A stretch of DNA of 64,000 nt. It comes from Lepidodermella squamata (Eukaryota > Animalia > Gastrotricha). The notes below the pieces were generated by a model that worked only from the letters and a program-made list of their open reading frames with translations, did not search any database and was not told the origin of the DNA. Positions 62,070 to 64,000 of the stretch are shown piece by piece. The position numbers and the translations under genes were made by a program. How positions within the stretch are numbered: position 1 is the stretch's first letter; the number at the start of each line of letters is the position of its first letter. The stretch is taken from contig JBLDXI010000025.1 in assembly GCA_047495785.1 (NCBI GenBank), positions 992,001 to 1,056,000 of the forward strand, in the 5' to 3' direction.

Positions 62070-63697
62070 AGTGCTAAGACCGTTTTTTCGAGGAAAATAT
62101 TTAAAAAAATAAGAGAAAATGTTTTGATAATTAAAAAATAATGTCACGTCAGAAATTCTTGGACAAATAAAAGCAAGTGTTACAAGATACTTAAATAAGC
62201 AAACTGCTACTTAAGAGAAGGCTGGTTTGCCTTAGCCATCAAAATTATGATAATGGCCAGATGTAAAAGGTGTGCAATAAGAGCAAAAACACATGGCTGC
62301 GTTCATTAATGCGCCGAGTTCGTCTGAGTTGCCGACGATATAGCCCCGATAAGAAAGCAGCCCATCTGACTAACGAGGGCCAGCATTACCAAAAAGGATG
62401 TATCACATCAGCCGGGGAAGAATTTTTTCATTTAATGCCAGCATTTAATATGATGATATAAAGATGATGCATAGCTATACTTATACTACTGTAAAAAGAA
62501 CCATGTAAAAGACACGCTGTGTTGTTCAAAACAACCACAAATAGTCGTGGCTATTTAAAAAAGGTACGTATACAGCTGCGCATTGGTGTAATAAAAATGA
62601 ATGAAGCAGAGATGCACACACAGGTAAATGCATTTTACACGCACCTGCAAGTTTTATTACACTGACCGTAGTCGCGCGGTCGCTGCATTTTATTTACGCT
62701 GCGTGCGGCTGCTGTGAGCCAAGCAAATGAATAAGTAATATCATTAAGGTTGAGACTGATTGCGCAAGGTCAATCCCGTGAGTGCGATTCAAAGGGGCTA
62801 AGTCATTACTATGGTCATTACAAATTACTGCCCGCTCGTTATAACGCACAGTTGCTGCTTTATTACGGCGGGTGTTGCCGCAAAAACCGCAAGCTCAAAG
62901 CCTGATGGCAGCAGGTCATCAATTTCCTTACAGCGTAGATTGGAAACACTCACAGAAAATGATTAGGTCAAGTCCCATCAAAAATTGGCGCTGATTTTTC
63001 GTTTGTCAGTAATCCTGAAAATCCTGAAAATTTAGAAAAATATTCGGAGTGTATTATTTTACGCGGCTTGAGTAAATTGAGAAAATTCACGTCATCCCAA
63101 AATTTCCAAATAGTGCGAAAATTTAAGATTAATTTTTGACATCTGAACTAATGAGGTGCTGGAATTCATGAATGGATTTATAGATATCGTAATTTTTCTA
63201 AATTTTCCTATAACTTCTAGGCACGTGTCTCTTGTCCCATGCAAGCAAATATAAATGCCTGAAAATGTGTGAATTGAGCGCGGAGTGTTATACATGAATA
63301 TTGAATAGAAAATAATATATAGAGCGGTCGCTGCAAAATTCAAACGCCGAATAAATACATAATGGGCTATATAGACGCTTTTTAGCAAAATAGAAGCAAG
63401 CTACGGTCGCATCGATCGCGACCGCGCGTCTCCTGCATGCAACTCGATACATACAACATGGTGCCATAATAAAATTCCTTGTAAAATACTAAAAATATAA
63501 TAGTATAATGTGAAAAAATCAATATATATGACCCATGCGCAGTCAGCTTAACTTTGCTCCGTTGCGATAATATTTGTTAATGCCAGATCGGCAGTACCTA
63601 TATATGAGCATTTTCGAAATCAGTGAAATAAAAAATAAAAAAAAATAAAAAAAAACGAAAAATGAACCGCATGCCTTTGTCTCGAGTTAAGTGACTC

Positions 63698-63769
63698 TGC
63701 CTTGGCCTGGAGTCGAACCAGGGTCACCTCGGCCACAACGAGGAATACTAACCACTATACTACCAAGGC
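63698..63769 (-). tRNA. tRNA-His (GTG)
   Basis: GCCTTGG/CCAAGGC acceptor stem, D-arm TAGTATAGTGGTTAGTA, anticodon arm CCTCG-TTGTGGC-CGAGG, T-loop GGTTCGACTCC; T-run terminator downstream. Confidence 0.95.
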
Positions 63770-63887
63770 TGATAGCGCGGTTGAAAGAGCATTCGCAAAC
63801 GAGGCTTATAAAGTGGAAACATGATGCAATATGATGCCACCATTTCGATGGCTATTTTACCTGTGATACCTGATGTAGAAATCACAA

Positions 63888-63969
63888 GACGCGGTGGCCG
63901 AGAGGTTAAGGCGCCCGGTTGCTAGCCGGTTGGGCTCTGCCCGCGAGGGTTCGAATCCCTTCCGTGTCG
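63888..63969 (+). tRNA. tRNA-Ser (GCT)
   Basis: GACGCGG/CCGTGTC acceptor stem, TGGCCGAGAGGTTAAGGC D-arm, loop TTGCTAG, long variable arm GGGCTCTGCCC, GGTTCGAATCC; TTTTT at ~63979. Confidence 0.95.
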
Positions 63970-64000
63970 AAAACTAACTTTTTGGAAATAATTTTGGAAT

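Overview
Eukaryotic (animal, invertebrate-like) genomic DNA from a compact genome: standard code, GT-AG introns mostly 45-60 nt, so ORF-track entries are often exons. Left to right: a pogo-type MITE; the last exon of one ZNFX1-like SF1 helicase and a second four-exon paralog (both resemble the fungal/oomycete-type ZNFX1 clade more than canonical animal ZNFX1, and both lack the NFX1 zinc-finger array); a divergent aldose 1-epimerase; a WDR64-like ciliary WD40 gene head-to-head with HECTD2. Next comes a ~22 kb cluster of secreted products: four mucin-stalk S1 serine proteases, four paralogous small Thr-rich proteins sharing an unrecognised motif, a Pro/Arg-rich peptide, a 12-aa repeat peptide and a Sushi-CAP protein. 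An orphan gene and a split class A GPCR lie within that cluster. The right end holds a 17-repeat ankyrin protein, two tandem catalytically intact PIWI genes with strongly diverged MID regions, and divergent tRNA-His and tRNA-Ser genes. The best candidates for something undescribed are the secretory cluster with its novel peptide family, the truncated fungal-type ZNFX1 pair (possible HGT) and the MID-diversified PIWI pair. Family calls come from recalled motifs, not database searches.
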